Positions 12,119-24,916 are shown, counted from the whole stretch's first letter. The stretch: DNA of 60,483 nucleotides, filler included, from Sphacelaria rigidula (GCA_964200075.2; 10 parts of 10 records of this genome joined end to end with filler, not necessarily neighbours in it), one strand, 5' to 3'. Notes: generated by a model not told the origin, from the sequence alone. Made by a program: numbers and translations.

Positions 12119-15100
12119 TCCATGACGAAGAGGGTGCCAATACCAAACGACGCGTTTTCTGACATCTATCGACGAGATCTTTCCAGCGCCACCCTTTTCA
12201 GAACTGATGCTCTTCTTGTTGTGGAGTGATCGAGCTTTGAAATTCCGTCCAGGGGGTGTGCGATGACTCGCACAATGACGGTATTTCGCCTGGTCGTGCA
12301 CCATGCACTGTTTCCCCAAGCGGCCTTGGAACCATATCGCCAGCTTTCGAATCCACGCAGTGCAGGCACTGACGAACCTTTCAACTGACGCTCCCTGCGA
12401 AACCAGCAGCAGTTCTCTTGTAATCGCTGCAGGGTCGCCACAGAACCCCGATGAACGGCCCCTCGCATGTGAGCGCACACCATAAGACGATGCAGTTCCT
12501 TCGCAGCTTCGGGTATCCACATGACGTCACGGCCCTTCACCTTGTCGCGGAAACGTCCGTCTCCGTCATTTACGGCCTTTCCGTGCGGTGCCATGAAAAG
12601 CGCTGCCCCATGCGCTCTACTCCCAACTATTTCGCGAGCACTGTGCTGAATTTGACGTGCGACCTCTTTCGACGGCGCAGTATCGTCAGGTTCGCTTGGC
12701 GCTAGCACCGCCACAGCCCTAACCTTCACTGCCGGAACATTGATCCACTTTGACAGCAAGTGCCTCCTGCAGTTCCTATCGCCAGAGATATGCATGATTG
12801 AGTATTCAAACTGCACCAGCACAATTTCTCATTGCTCCAGACGCTAGGCAGTAGCCTTAGGCAACGACGGAACGCACACATCAGGATTAAAAATGTATTC
12901 CGGATTGCGGTGGTCGGTGTATACGCTCACACCTCCCCACAGCAGGTAGTCCAACCTTTTACGTGTGCTGGCGATGGCGAAACCTTCTTTGTCGATAGTT
13001 GCCCACCTCCTCGCAGAACCCTTGAACGTGCCGCGGTTGAACGCGAACGGCTCGTGGAGAAAATCCTCCACGGACACTCCACGCTTATACTTGTCCTGCA
13101 GGACCTGTATGAAGTACTTCCCCGATGCGTATCGGACACACCGGGTAAGCAATTCCATCCTTCGGGTGCGACAGCGCCACCGCATGCGCCACCAAATCCT
13201 GCGCTGCTGTCCACGCCTCAACTATGCCGGCCGTCTACGCCTCTCGCTTCATCCCACGATCAGATGCGATCCGCTCCGCCCGACGCGGCGCCGACGCCAT
13301 GTGCTCCTCCTCCTCCACAAGCGCCATAGAGCTTCCACTACCTCCCCCAGTCGTGGCAACGACATCCGCAACCAATTCACCGCTTGCACAAATTGCATTA
13401 GCTCTCGCGCCGGCTCAGGCCTCCGCGTGTCCGCTAAGCCTTGCAGATGCCCGGGATCGTGGACTACATGTCCGCCACATCACATCTTGCAACACCAATG
13501 AATCTCGGTGTCAAAGAAACGATACCTGTGCACAGCGGCGAGAATACCCGTGGTCTCCGAACGGCAAAGGATTTCTCCCAGGCTTTCAGTGAATCCGTTT
13601 TTTCGACTCCCCACCACACGATGTCGTCGACCCAACTACACAGCTCAATTCTTTCACACTTTCCATTATTACGATCGCTTGGAAGTATCCCGTAGCGTTC
13701 AGCACCCCTTGCGGGAGCGCGTGAGCGTAAACAGACCTTCCAGGTATGGCGATGCTGAAGAGTTCACGCGCGCTCTCTTGCAACGGCATCTACCAATACC
13801 CTTGCAGCTGATCGTTGTTACCAAAACAACTCGCGCCCAGCACCGACATCTGCGTCTCCCGGTTGGGCATCACGTTGGGAACATCTCACGATGAAGATCT
13901 CCCGGACTATAATCGCAATCTAGGCAATACTCTCTCGCTTTATTCGACTTGGAAACCGCCAAAGCCGGGCTCGCCCATATTGCTCGCAGAATTCGAAACG
14001 ACCTTGCCCGTTCCCACCAGACCCGCCGTGCACCCAGGCAGCTGCGTAGTTTTGGTGAGAGGCACACGCGCGCCTTCGCCTTTGCAGGACGCACACCTGA
14101 AACCTTCATCGGTTCGATCTTCGCAGGAGAGTCACCCCGCAGCGCTCGCCAGAACACTGTGAACCGCCGCCCAAGGATCTCTGTAAGGCGCGTCGAACTC
14201 ATCCGCGGCCTACTGAACCGGGTGATCCCAGGCTATCGCGTGCTAAATCTTTTCTTCCTACGGGACCATGGGTATGCTGGGCCCCCGGGACAATGCACGA
14301 GACACAGCCTCATCATGCAGAGCCACCGGGTCTCATTCGACAGTATGCTGCATCGCCTCTACCACCACAACAATACACCGGAACTCATTGGACGCAGGAT
14401 TGCCCACCACCTTCACGGAGGCGATAACTCTCTGGCGCGCAGGGGCGGCAAGACTGCCACTCATAGAATCCTAATGTCTCCAGAGTAGCGCCACCCAAAA
14501 TAATCGTGGCATCCTCGTCAGGCATCACCGCGAAAGAGAACGGTTCCAGCGCCACCGGACCCCACTCCGCCTGCAACGCCAACGGCAATGGACATGCTTT
14601 CTGCTTGGTATACACAAAACTGCCATCCACTAGTTGAACACGGCGCACACCCTCCATGGACTGCGTGACGAAAACACGTCGAAAGCACGCTTGAAGCTTG
14701 CGCATGATGTGTTTTGACACAGACGACGGATCAGACCCCGAATCCGACACCGCCCGCACCGGGCACATCGCAGACTCGGCCGCGCCCGGCGCAGACGAAT
14801 CAGCCAAGCACCATGTGCCATCGCGATCAACATCGACACCGTCGGCGTGTAGGCGCGCGACTCCATGAGCTGTCTGAGATCTCCACACCGGAACCTCCGT
14901 AGCTTCGGACGACGCAGGTATCCCTGTCGATGTGGGAAGCACCACGGTCACTCGACCTTGGGCAAACGAACGCACACCTTGCGGTCGACCACCGCGCTGC
15001 TGCTGATCCACGGGCACCGTTTGCACGTGACCCGCCGGCTGTCGACCCCGCGCCTGCGACTGATCGGATCCTGGCGCCGTGACCACAGGCTTTACCCCCA

Positions 15101-16000
15101 GGCTTCTCAGTCGACCCCTTCCGACTGTCACGAGCATAACGGCCGCGCTTGTCGCAGATCCAGCAAGCGCTAGAGGAATCCAACTTGTCACGTGTGCATC
15201 TCCAGAACGCTGGCCCTTCTTCTTGTCAGAATCGCCGGATCGCCCTTCTTTGTCGCGTCTGCCACCAGCACCACGAGGACCTCCGCGTGCCTTGTGGTCT
15301 TGATCGGCCTTTGCACCTTGCGCCAGTCATCCGCTGCCTCGGACATCATTTGCAACACCAAGTCGGGGTCATGTTTCCATTTGCGCCGCAGTTGCAGGGA
15401 ACAATCAGCCATCGACTCCAACTCCGTGGCGAAATTCCATAGACCAGAGCTTTGGTGATAACTTGCGCAGGGTTCGACAGTCATCCATCGTGCGGGTTCC
15501 AAAAAAGTGCTCCCCGGTAGAACTCCAGCGTACTGTGAAGCGCATCGACTCGCGCGGACGCCGAAAGTCCATGCTTCAAGGTGGCTGCCCGGACTACGCC
15601 CGCAGCAGCGACAACAGGATCGAGTTCGTTGTCTTTGGTAATCCAGGCATGTTGTGAGGTACCCTCTCTACACTGTTTCTCCGACAAGTCCCTACTGCCG
15701 ACGAAGAACTTTCATGCAAGGCATTTCCTGACGTGTTTCGGCAGAAATTCTGACATGGTCATTGCCTGCCACGTCAACGCCTGCCCAGCGTCGCCGAGTT
15801 TCACGACGCGTTCGTATTCTACCTATTGAAAAACGAAACGCCGTGACGCTTATTCCGATAAAGATCTCGCCATAGCCAGGCGGTTTTTGTGTACAGTCGT
15901 GAACGAACCTTCTCATACTCACCCGCTGCTGCTTTCGTCTTCACGCGCACGACCGCCTGTACCTCGGCCTCGCCCTGACATGCGGCTTCTTGTTGTTGCC
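12119..16000 (-). pseudogene. Degenerate Ty3/Gypsy gag-pol (gag, protease, RT, RNase H, integrase N-terminus), truncated by the contig end
   Basis: On the minus strand in order: gag-like ~15950-15190; protease AVSDSGS ~14740; RT MPLQESARELFS..PQGVLNATGYFQ and WVDD ~13623-13634; RNase H RWATIDKEGFAI..VYTDHRN and IMHISGDRN; integrase zinc finger MVCAHMRGAVHRG..CWF. Many frameshifts and stops; upstream boundary approximate. Confidence 0.92.
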
Positions 16001-16664
16001 ACAGCTCTTCTCGCCGCAAACACAACGGATTGTCGCACCGACTCTGACGAGGAGCACGTGAGCAGTCAATCGCTGTAGAACTGAAAACCTCCGACCGACC
16101 TTTGCTGAGACCGCCAGATTCACTAGAGGGTCATTGGTCTCTTCGGATGGCCCTACATTCATGCCGTGCAACAAGTGCGATGGCCTCAATTATTGTATGC
16201 AAAGCTTTTACCACTGACACGTTGTTTGGCTTCAATGCTTGGTTGACTTCTTCTGATTCTAGGTGGGGAAGGTCATCGGAACGCGACAAGCTCTCCAGAA
16301 CCATGGTTGACCTCTATGATCAGGTATGTGGCTTCCGAGGCGAATGAGAAGCAATGCCCTTCCGCACAATGTGTGAATGGTCTTGTATACGTTCGTCATG
16401 TCTAAGGTGGCTGTCGAAATAATCGTCAAAGCCCTCAGCCTCCCATGTTGAAAAATGTTGTCGGGAATTCTGACCTACCGTGGAAATATTTTGGATTCAC
16501 TTGGGCATAAAATATCAACGAAATGCATGTTCCCCCAGTTGCCGCGTATGTAAACCATGACCCTACCCTTTATGATCAGGTGCATTCCGAGTTTCATGAG
16601 CGACGGTGCTCATATGCCCTTCTATCTTGAAACGTTTGATCGTCGTTAAGCGGTGAATATGGCT

Positions 16665-16910
16665 GATAGAATGATTGCTTGGATTGATTGATTTGTCGCA
16701 CGTTAGCTGACCTTTGAGGGACCCAGCCGTCGTCACAAGATAGATGAATTCACGGTAAGAAGAAAGGAAACAGAACAGCCGCTGAAGAGAAGTGAAGAAA
16801 GCATAAATGTAGAGCAGACAAGAGTATACTGAAAAAAAAAAGCAACCAAACAAGAAAAGACAACCATCAGATTGAATTGGCCGGCCTCTGCAGCATGACT
16901 TCAGGCGGAA
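16665..16910 (-). mobile_element. 3' end of a non-LTR retroposon family with (AATC)n-type tail; related copies 47775-48200 (-), 17245-17320 (+), 39974-40040 (-), 44075-44190 (-)
   Basis: Shared plus-strand order: TTGA-rich tail, TTGTCG(C/G)AC, CTGA(C/T)C..GAGGGACCC..CCGT; the two longer copies also share TGGCCGG(C/T)CTCTGCA(G/A)CAT..CTTCAGG. Confidence 0.65.
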
Positions 16911-17410
16911 GCGCTCTTGCTTAAAAGGACATGCTCTCATGTATTGAGGAATATCAACCACTGCTCTCCTGGGAAAACAGGAAATAACAAAAAGTACTTC
17001 ACAACATCACAGTCGGCAACATGTCAAAGCCAAGTAGTGATCCACAATATTGATATACCAAGAACGTTCCGTGCCGTTTATGCAAGCGCGCGGACATGGT
17101 AGATGTGTATCCGCCGCAGTGCATCTACCTCGCTGCATTTTATTCACGCTACAACGTTGCATTTTGTACTACAACAGCGGCTTGAGTAGCTGCCAGACCT
17201 AGGTTTATTCCTGCACAAACAACTACACCAGAAGCCCATTATTGTGATCACGGCTGGACTCCCCAGGGATCAGTTAGCACCCGACAATCAATCAACAAAT
17301 CAATTCATCAGTCAATTCATCAAAGAACGACAACCGAAAGGTCACTATCTCGTCATCCCTAAGAAATGTCAGCAGTACTACCTAGTGCCTTGTCCAGGCA
17401 AAAAATATGC

Positions 17411-17639
17411 AAGGTTGTGTTTTGTAGGATATACCGGCTGAAATTATTCACAGGGTATACGCAGAAGAATAAAAGTTCTATTTGATAGGTAAATACCTGC
17501 CCGGACCATACCGAATTGTTCAGAGCAGGGCTCGTTACCCTGCCGTGCCATACCGGAATATTCGAATCACGTTCCGGTATGGTTCAGTATGCCAACCCAA
17601 AGCCCCTACTTCCGGGTATACTCTACAGAACATAACCCT
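17411..17639. mobile_element. MITE of about 230 bp with imperfect TIRs and internal TACC(C/G)G motifs, intronic
   Basis: AAGGTTGTGTTTTGTAGGATATACCGG pairs with CCGGGTATACTCTACAGAACATAACCCT; ends 20 bp before the dynein exon. Confidence 0.6.
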
Positions 17640-17659
17640 ATGGATTCTCCTCTTTTCAG

Positions 17660-17791
17660 GTGAAAGCGAGGTTTTCGGTTGACGAGCATCGACACTATCT
17701 GCTCACTCCCCGAGATCTCACCGCCTGGGTCCGAGGGCTTCTTCGCTATGAGCTCGGCAGCGAGGGTGTTTTCGACTGCGTTGCATACGAG
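17660..17791 (+). CDS. DYNC2H1: Internal exon (132 bp, phase 0/0) of cytoplasmic dynein-2 (IFT dynein) heavy chain, AAA3-AAA4 lid region
   Basis: TCTTTTCAG|GTG...TACGAG|GTGAGC. VKARFSVDEHRHYLLTPRDLTAWVRGLLRYELGSEGVFDCVAYE matches the recalled dynein-2 pattern VRAKFTVDDYSHYFFTP..LT.WV.GL.RY.L...VAYE. Confidence 0.85.
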
Positions 17792-18964
17792 GTGAGCGCG
17801 GACTCATCAAGACGTCACTCGACAATGTCGAAAAGGTCGGAATTTTCTATCGGCGCGACTATTTCGAGTGTCATTATCCAACTAGCTGATAGTTCCCGAT
17901 ATATTGGCTTCTTATTCACGCAGCAACAGGGGAACGCATGGTGCGGAAACAGAACGGGTCTCCGGAACGGTTGAAGTAGATACCTACATTTACACAAGTT
18001 ACGGCGTACACTTCTGACAGATCTGGCGTTTGTTGTTTGTTTGTTTGTTCTTTCTTTCTTTCTTTTCTCTCCCCGTTNNNNNNNNNNNNNNNNNNNNNNN
18101 NNNNNNNNNNNNNNNNNNNNNTTAATTAATTAANNNNNNNNNNNNNNNNNNNNNNNNNNNNNNNNNNNNNNNNNNNNCGTTTCGTTCCACGAAATGCGGT
18201 GGAATTACGGTAGGGAATTGCGCCGCACAGGCACGCGTACAGTTATGGGTGGGACTGGGGCCCGATTTTGGGTCCTATATTTCGGGAATATGGATTACGA
18301 ACGCTACATAAAATGTACTATAAACATGGTACATATCTTCAAGCCTGTGAGTGCTCGGTGTTCATATTTTTGTTCTTCCGGATAACTCGCTCCAGATCAG
18401 TGAGTGGACACTCTTGGTGCACGAGTGTTCAGCTGCTGTACTACCCGGGAAAGGCACGCCCCGAGCTGCCACCCCACGTTTACCACCATTACGAAGATAT
18501 CAAGACAAGAACACGAACAGCAGTAGTTGTGGCCGCCACACACCAACGTATCTGCGGTGAAAGGCGTGCCTCACATCGTGCTAGAACGAGAAAGTACGGA
18601 AATTTGGATACCATAGCGTCGCGCATCCCTTGGGTTCTGTCTCCAAAACGTCTGTCACAAGACGGCCGTGTTTCATTGCTGAACTCGTCCTCTACAAGCC
18701 AAGGGGTGAAAGGGCATTCGCTCATGGTAAGTGAGGTTGTCTTTTGTACACATCCCCACAGAACAGAGCAGCACATGGCGGACCGCCACCAAGGCAAATA
18801 TCGTGACATCGGTGCCAAAAAAATGGCATTTGGTCGAAGATGCAAGTTGGTGTAAATCGTATGGTTTACATATTATTTTCAGTATCTACAGGGAGTCAGT
18901 TGAAACATCGTGGCTCCGCTGACCTGTTCATACATAGTGTGTAGTCTGAAATAGAAATCGTTCT

Positions 18965-19490
18965 TGGCGCCCTCGTTTCTCCGCTGGAACCCTCAGATCC
19001 AACAGCCGAAGTTCATGTGTTACGTCGCCCTCTGCAACTCAATACATGAAGAGTACTCACTGTTGAAAGGCTAATTTGCTCATTGTGCACAGCCGTGCGA
19101 ATGAAGCAGAACCTGGCGGCACGCCACATAGTGAAACACCGTCACACCCTGCTCGCTACAAGAAAACAACATGCAGCCCAAAACGAAGCTGTCGACCGTC
19201 GCATAGTTTGTATCTCAGTCTTATATTGGAATATATCAACAAACAATTACCAAGCACATGATCACAACAGTCGCCAGTAGATGTAAGGCAGCGCAAGTAC
19301 TACAATCGCTCCAGACGCCTCGGCTTCTGCACTGGAGCTCTGACACGAAACAGCCGCTAGCTTTGTATTTCTTCTGTGAACTCCCCCTCTAGAATTCGAC
19401 GCTTGAAGGGATACTCGCCGTTGAAAGGCGAAATTACCTTTTGTGCACAGCCGCACATAACTAAGCAGCAGCGCCTGCCGACACGCAACC
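18965..19490 (+). repeat. Degenerate direct duplication with a period of about 355 bp
   Basis: GTTGAAAGGC.AA...C..TTGTGCACAGCCG at ~19062 and ~19420, with similar upstream context (CTGGA.C.CT..A..CAGCCG). Confidence 0.6.
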
Positions 19491-20269
19491 AAACTGCTTG
19501 TCGTGACTTTTTTTGAATTTGCGATGTTGGACCTCTCAGCGCTAGATACTAATCCTCAACCCAAAAGTGCCGATCGCGCAACGCGTAAAACTCGGCGACG
19601 AAGCGGAGGATTGAATTGCAGTTTCTTGCGTGCGCTTCCTACACGCAAGCTAGGTCAACGTATTTCACTTTTTCGTTTGAGCTTGATATCGAGCCGCAAC
19701 AAACCCAAACGTACAAGAATATGGTGTTTTGCGCTGTGGGAGAGGGGTTTCTCGCTGCTGGCGCGACGCCAGGGAAATGTGAAATAGAATCCCCTAGATC
19801 TTGTGTGTATGCGGGGGGGGGGCGGGGAAGAAGTGCTGTGGGCTGGCTCTCTTCCTGTGTCGAGAACCGCGCGATTTCCCGTGCTAGAGCTGTCCCATAG
19901 TAAACCAAGTGAATAAGTGATGAAGCGTGCGTTCTGCTCGAGGGGGCCTCGGGACATGTGCGACCACCTACTGACGTGTTTAGTATTCCTCCGTACTCAT
20001 GTTTTTTTTTAGTTTGCCGCTGATTTTTGGTCGTTATGCCCTCCAGCCCCACCCATAACAGTAGACTGATAATCGTACGAGTGCTATAGTGCTGCAAGAT
20101 GGCATCAAGGTCGTCAACAGCTCCATATTGGGAGAGAACCTCCCAGCCGAAGGTCATTCACCACCATAAGAGGGAAAAGTACTACCTCAAGCTGTACTAT
20201 ACACCCCCAAGACGCAACTCGTGAGGAATGATGCACAAAAGAAATGCCAGATTATGCGCAAAAACAAAA

Positions 20270-20341
20270 TGGTCGTGCCGGGATTTGAACTCGTGACCTC
20301 TGTATTAAGAGGCGGTTCTACCAGTTTGGTCACCGGGTGCC
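20270..20341 (-). pseudogene. tRNA-derived relic (SINE head or tRNA pseudogene)
   Basis: Minus strand GGCACCCGGTGACCAAACTGGTAGAACCGCCTCTTAATACAGAGGTCACGAGTTCAAATCCCGGCACGACCA has A-box-like and B-box (GAGTTCAAATCC) motifs and a 3' CCA, but the acceptor stem does not pair. Confidence 0.6.
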
Positions 20342-20355
20342 AGACAAAAAAGCGT

Positions 20356-20624
20356 ATGCTGGGGGTAGTTCGAAGCGTTGGGCGCTGAAATTTTGACACA
20401 ACATGTTCATCATCACTGCATACAATATTTCCCGAGGTGCATCCATATTTCTTTTTTTTTTTACGGTGTTGTAGCATTTTTCTAGTTTTAACAGACAATT
20501 CAAATCGCTCTAACTTCCTGTTTTTATTTTTTTCCGAATGCACCTCGAGAAATGTTGTGCCTAGTGATGATACAAATGTTGTGTCAAAATTTCAGTGCCT
20601 AACTCTTCAAATTACCCACAGCAT
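20356..20624. repeat. Inverted repeat, arms of about 87 bp around an AT-rich spacer of about 95 bp
   Basis: ATGCTGGGGGTAGTTCGAAG..CTGAAATTTTGACACAACAT..CATCACT..CGAGGTGCAT (20356-20442) pairs with 20538-20624. Confidence 0.85.
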
Positions 20625-20679
20625 CGCCAAAATACATTAAAAAATCATCGTCAGCTGGCCCAGGCTGTATAAGGCGAGT

Positions 20680-20902
20680 AATACACGAGGGAACCGACCG
20701 TCACAACACATATTGGTGTAGCAATATATATTGATGAGTCAAACCAGACATTCGAGAGTGTATAGGGTTTAGTGTTGTGGGCAGTTTCATGTCCGTGGGC
20801 GCCAATAAAGAATGTATCACTAGATGCCCAGAACGCTCAGTGTATTCCTCCGCGAGCGTGCCCAATACATATATTGGCTGCACGATAGCTATGCGATGAG
20901 CG
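20680..20902 (+). repeat. Diverged copy of an internal segment (21716-21951) of the CACAC-TIR element downstream
   Basis: AATACACGAG..AACCGAC.GTCACAA.ACATATTGGTGTAGCA...GGGCAGTTTCATGT...GCGAGCGTG...GGCTGCAC.ATAGCTAT.CGATGAGCG present in both. Confidence 0.85.
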
Positions 20903-21367
20903 TGCGTGCGAAAGCCATGATGAAGAAACAAATATCGCATGGTTCTTGTTAGGCTCAAGTTCCGTCTGCGCTCATTGAGTTAAGCTTAATTTGGGGGTTT
21001 TGAGCTTAAATAGGCCTACTTATCGCAAAGCTTATAATTACCTTAATTTGCTTGAAACGAGCTTACCATGCTTGAAACGCGCATGAAACGTGCATAAACC
21101 GCACATAAAGTTGCGGTATGTTTTTACGCGCCTCCTGCAGCCAGCTGCCCGCTAGCGTTCCATGTGGCGTGACTCGTCACCAGACAGGCCGACTGGCTTC
21201 AGGCTTCAATACTCCAAACTTCTAGCGTCGTGTTTCGTATTCTTACTTTGTTGCGGGTCTGATCAGCGAAACGTTTCATTTTATATTCTTCATACATCAT
21301 ACTCTGTTGTTTTCAAAAATGTGACAAGAGACCGCGAACAATCGGTACCGACAGGTCGACAACATTC

Positions 21368-22307
21368 CAGACCCTGGACAACACAAAATGTAATATATAT
21401 ATATATATATGTTCGCTCAATATGTCGACGCATTGGGTAGTCAATATATATTTGGCGAGCAATATGTTGGCAAGAGAGACAAGTCGATATATATGGTGTC
21501 ATCAATATGTCAAGGCTCGCGATGTGCAATATATATCGACCGAACAATATATCACGACAGGCGCCACCTCAATATATATTTGTCGAGAAATACATTGGCT
21601 GCCACACAAGGTCAATACATATTGACGATTCAATATACTCAACACCTCAAGCGCCAATATATATTGCTGCCCCAATTACCGTGCGTCAATGCGTCTAGTA
21701 TATATTGGGCGAACAATACACGAGAAAACCGACGGTCACAATACATATTGGTGTAGCACTATATATTGGTGATTCAATATGTATATTGGAAAGTGTATAG
21801 GAATTAGTCTAGCGGGCAGTTTCATGTTTGCGGGCGCTATTGAAAGATATATCACCAGATGCCAAAAACGCCCAATATAGTCCTCAGCGAGCGTGTTCAA
21901 ATATATCGGCTGCACAATAGCTATCGGCTGCACAATAGCTATACGATGAGCGGGTGCAATACATATTGGGAAAACAATACTCTTGCATGCTTTTTTGCTC
22001 AATGTATATTGTGACAACAATATGTTATGCATCGCTTCGACTCAATATATATATATATATATATTGACACTTCCATATATACACGTCCGGCATGCACAAT
22101 ATATATTGAATGTTCTCGGAGCAAAAACGTGTCCAATATATATTGCCATGCATTACTTTGCGATCGTGACACGAGAAATATATAATGCCGCTTCAATGTC
22201 TCCGAGGACATCTGAACATAATATGTATTGAAAGGCCAATATTCGCAATGTCTACGATATGAAGTATTGATATCATATTGGAACAAAATTGTATTGTCCA
22301 GGGTATA
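21368..22307. mobile_element. Non-autonomous DNA transposon of about 940 bp with CA(C/G)ACCCTGGACAA TIRs, filled with variants of the palindrome CAATATATATTG
   Basis: Left CAGACCCTGGACAACACAA, right TTGTATTGTCCAGGGTATA. Roughly 25-30 CAATA(T/C)ATATTG-like motifs inside. Same TIR at 40908-41045, 44324-44462 and 23754. Confidence 0.75.
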
Positions 22308-23753
22308 AGCAACACAGCATCAGTGACCACAGGGGTAGCAAGAGGCGCATATCGACCCGCGTTTTCTGCCGCCGTACAGTTCAGCCAAGATATGTTACGT
22401 ACTGTGAAGGAGTATGGGCGGCACCGCACCGCTGGCCAGATATCATAGGTATCAGAAAGCATTTATACTTGGTCGCCTCTTCTGTCACCATATTTTATTT
22501 TTTCCGGCCAATAGATATATCAAACTGGTTCGACAACTGTCCGTGGCCACGGACGAGAACTTCTGATGTTTCCTTTCATGCAAGCTTTTCCGTATCCGCA
22601 TGGGCTCCGGCATCCGTGGCGTCTGGACCTTTTCAAAGCGTGCATCATACATCAAATATCGCATGGCCTTTGGGTTTGGCGGGACTGAGCCGATTTCCCT
22701 GCAGAACATCCATGTTGGCGATTGCCGTCTTGGCGCCCTCCGGTACACGGGTTGTTGCCGCAACCCATCGACGCGGCAAGACGGCACAGGTGTTCCTCGA
22801 CCACTGCGAGGTCCCACAACTGCACCCATCGTCTGACCTTATCACCACCAGTCAGTACTCGCCACCGGCGGTCGGCCGACTAGCTCTACGAAACTAAATG
22901 CGTCCATTTTCTACTTTTTATGACATATTGATCAATGTGTCTTCTTTGCATGCAAACGGTCGCCTTGCCCCTTCGTTATGCGGTGGAGGGAGGAGGGTTG
23001 TTGGCGGGCGGTGTGTAGAGGGATAGAGTGCCACAAATACATGTGTTTACAGGGACAGCTGAGAGCCACAGACGAATATTTTTCCGTGGGCAGCTGGCAG
23101 CCATTCACCCTTTTTGCAGCTGTCTGCCACAAAATAGTACATACCCTGAGAGGTGACTAGCTCGTACACAACAGAGGCATCTAATACTTGAGGCTCACCG
23201 TATATTCGACAGTATTTTACAGGGGCAAATACCGGAACTTTGAGTATGAAAGACCCCTGACGTTCGTGGTCTGTTTGCTGGCTCTGGGACACGGCATTGT
23301 TTCAAGTAAGAGTGATGCCGATTCATTAGCCAGCGTAAAAATCTCACAGTCAAAGGGTCCGGCGACTAATCAATCGGATCACTTTTCCTCAAAATATTAC
23401 TCCGAGGTATCCCGAAGGGACGAAGCAACAGTCTCGCCTACGTTCTTCTCCTCGGACTCATTCGAAATGGCTTTCTTTTGAATATCTTGCTCGCCAGAAA
23501 ATATATTGAATGATAAACTTGTCGAATTATAATGAATGAGAGGTTCGTTGGACGACATGACTTTCAGGACGGGGTAGAGTATATTACTTGAATATTATGA
23601 TTCAATGGAACATATACCCGACATCAACGCGCCCACCCAATATATACTGGGTAGGTGATATGTTGTAATGATATTTTATGGCAACGAATCTCAAATTCGC
23701 GAACTCAAAATCGGGGCCACCGTTTCACGGCATCACAGATGTCTGAAATAGTT

Positions 23754-24060
23754 CACACTCTGGACAATGGACGCAAAAATAGTTTATTGCTTCAGCAATA
23801 GACACGGGAAAATATCTATCGATATATAGTATCGAACACGATAGATGGTGAAACACATCTATTGATATGTATTGCAAGGGACAGAAGATGTTGCAATCGT
23901 CGATCGATAGCCTTTGGCAATTACAATAGATGAAGATCACTCGCCACCGATGGACATCGTGTACCGCAATAGATTCTGGGTTGTATACGTCGATAGCCAT
24001 CGCCGTCATCAATAGGTTTGGTGAGCCATCCATCGATAGTCATTGCCGTCATCAATAGCT
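23754..24060 (+). mobile_element. Left end of another CACAC-TIR element with ATCGAT-rich internal motifs; right TIR not seen
   Basis: CACACTCTGGACAAT at 23754; repeated ATCGAT/CGATAG; GCCGTCATCAATAG duplicated near 24002 and 24045. Confidence 0.5.
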
Positions 24061-24916
24061 TGACCCTTTTGGGACTGAAGCTGACTAACACTACGTTCAC
24101 GACGTGTTCGTAAAATAATAATAAACAAGTCTGGGNNNNNNNNNNNNNNNNNNNNNNNNNNNNNNNNNNNNNNNNNNNNTTAATTAATTAANNNNNNNNN
24201 NNNNNNNNNNNNNNNNNNNNNNNNNNNNNNNNNNNCCCTCTTCCGATCCCTTTTGACCCTCTTTTTTCGTGCACCCAAATCCCCCCCCCCCCCCTATCGT
24301 AGGATGACTCGCGCACAAGGCAAAAAATGGCGTTCGAAGCGCACGCGTCGCTGAGGAGAACTGGGTTGCCAAAATTGGTCCCCCGATGGACTCTTCCGCG
24401 CAACCGGCCATCCTCCAAAAAACAAAATTAAGGAAAACACAGTCAGAGCGGGGCTAGGGAGGAGACCAGAGGAAAGAGATATGATTCGGAGTAACTTAGA
24501 TTCGGTGCGTGCGTGCGCGCGTGTGTGCTTCGCATGGGACTGTTTTACGGATTAACCTCCCTATTTCCGGTGCGCGCGCGGTGGTCTCCGTGGATTAGTT
24601 AGTCGACATGCATGGAGTGCACTGTACGGTGCAGTTCGTATTCCAGCGTGCATGCGTTATGTTTTGCCTGGCCACTATCTTGTTGCTTCTTTTTTGCAGC
24701 TGCATCCGAGGATCGACTTGCGAAGTGAAGATTGCGCGAAAGGCTGTACGAAAAGTACCGTTTTTTCGCGCGCACGCATTTAGTAACGGATCGAAACACG
24801 TGGTGGGGAAGAGACCACTGCTATTAGGGCAGACTGAGGATCGACGCCGTCTGCGCCTCTATGCAGCCCGCAGAGACGAATGGATTGAAAAACTGAAGAA
24901 ATTGGAACCTATGCAA

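Noticed and set aside
20270..20341. Functional tRNA gene (also the SINE heads at 24917, 29315, 47663)
   Set aside because: A/B boxes are present but acceptor and D stems do not pair; better explained as SINE heads or relics.
21390..22300. CRISPR-like repeat-spacer array
   Set aside because: Repeats are only about 12 bp, degenerate and irregularly spaced, lie between transposon-like TIRs, and there are no cas genes; the context is eukaryotic.
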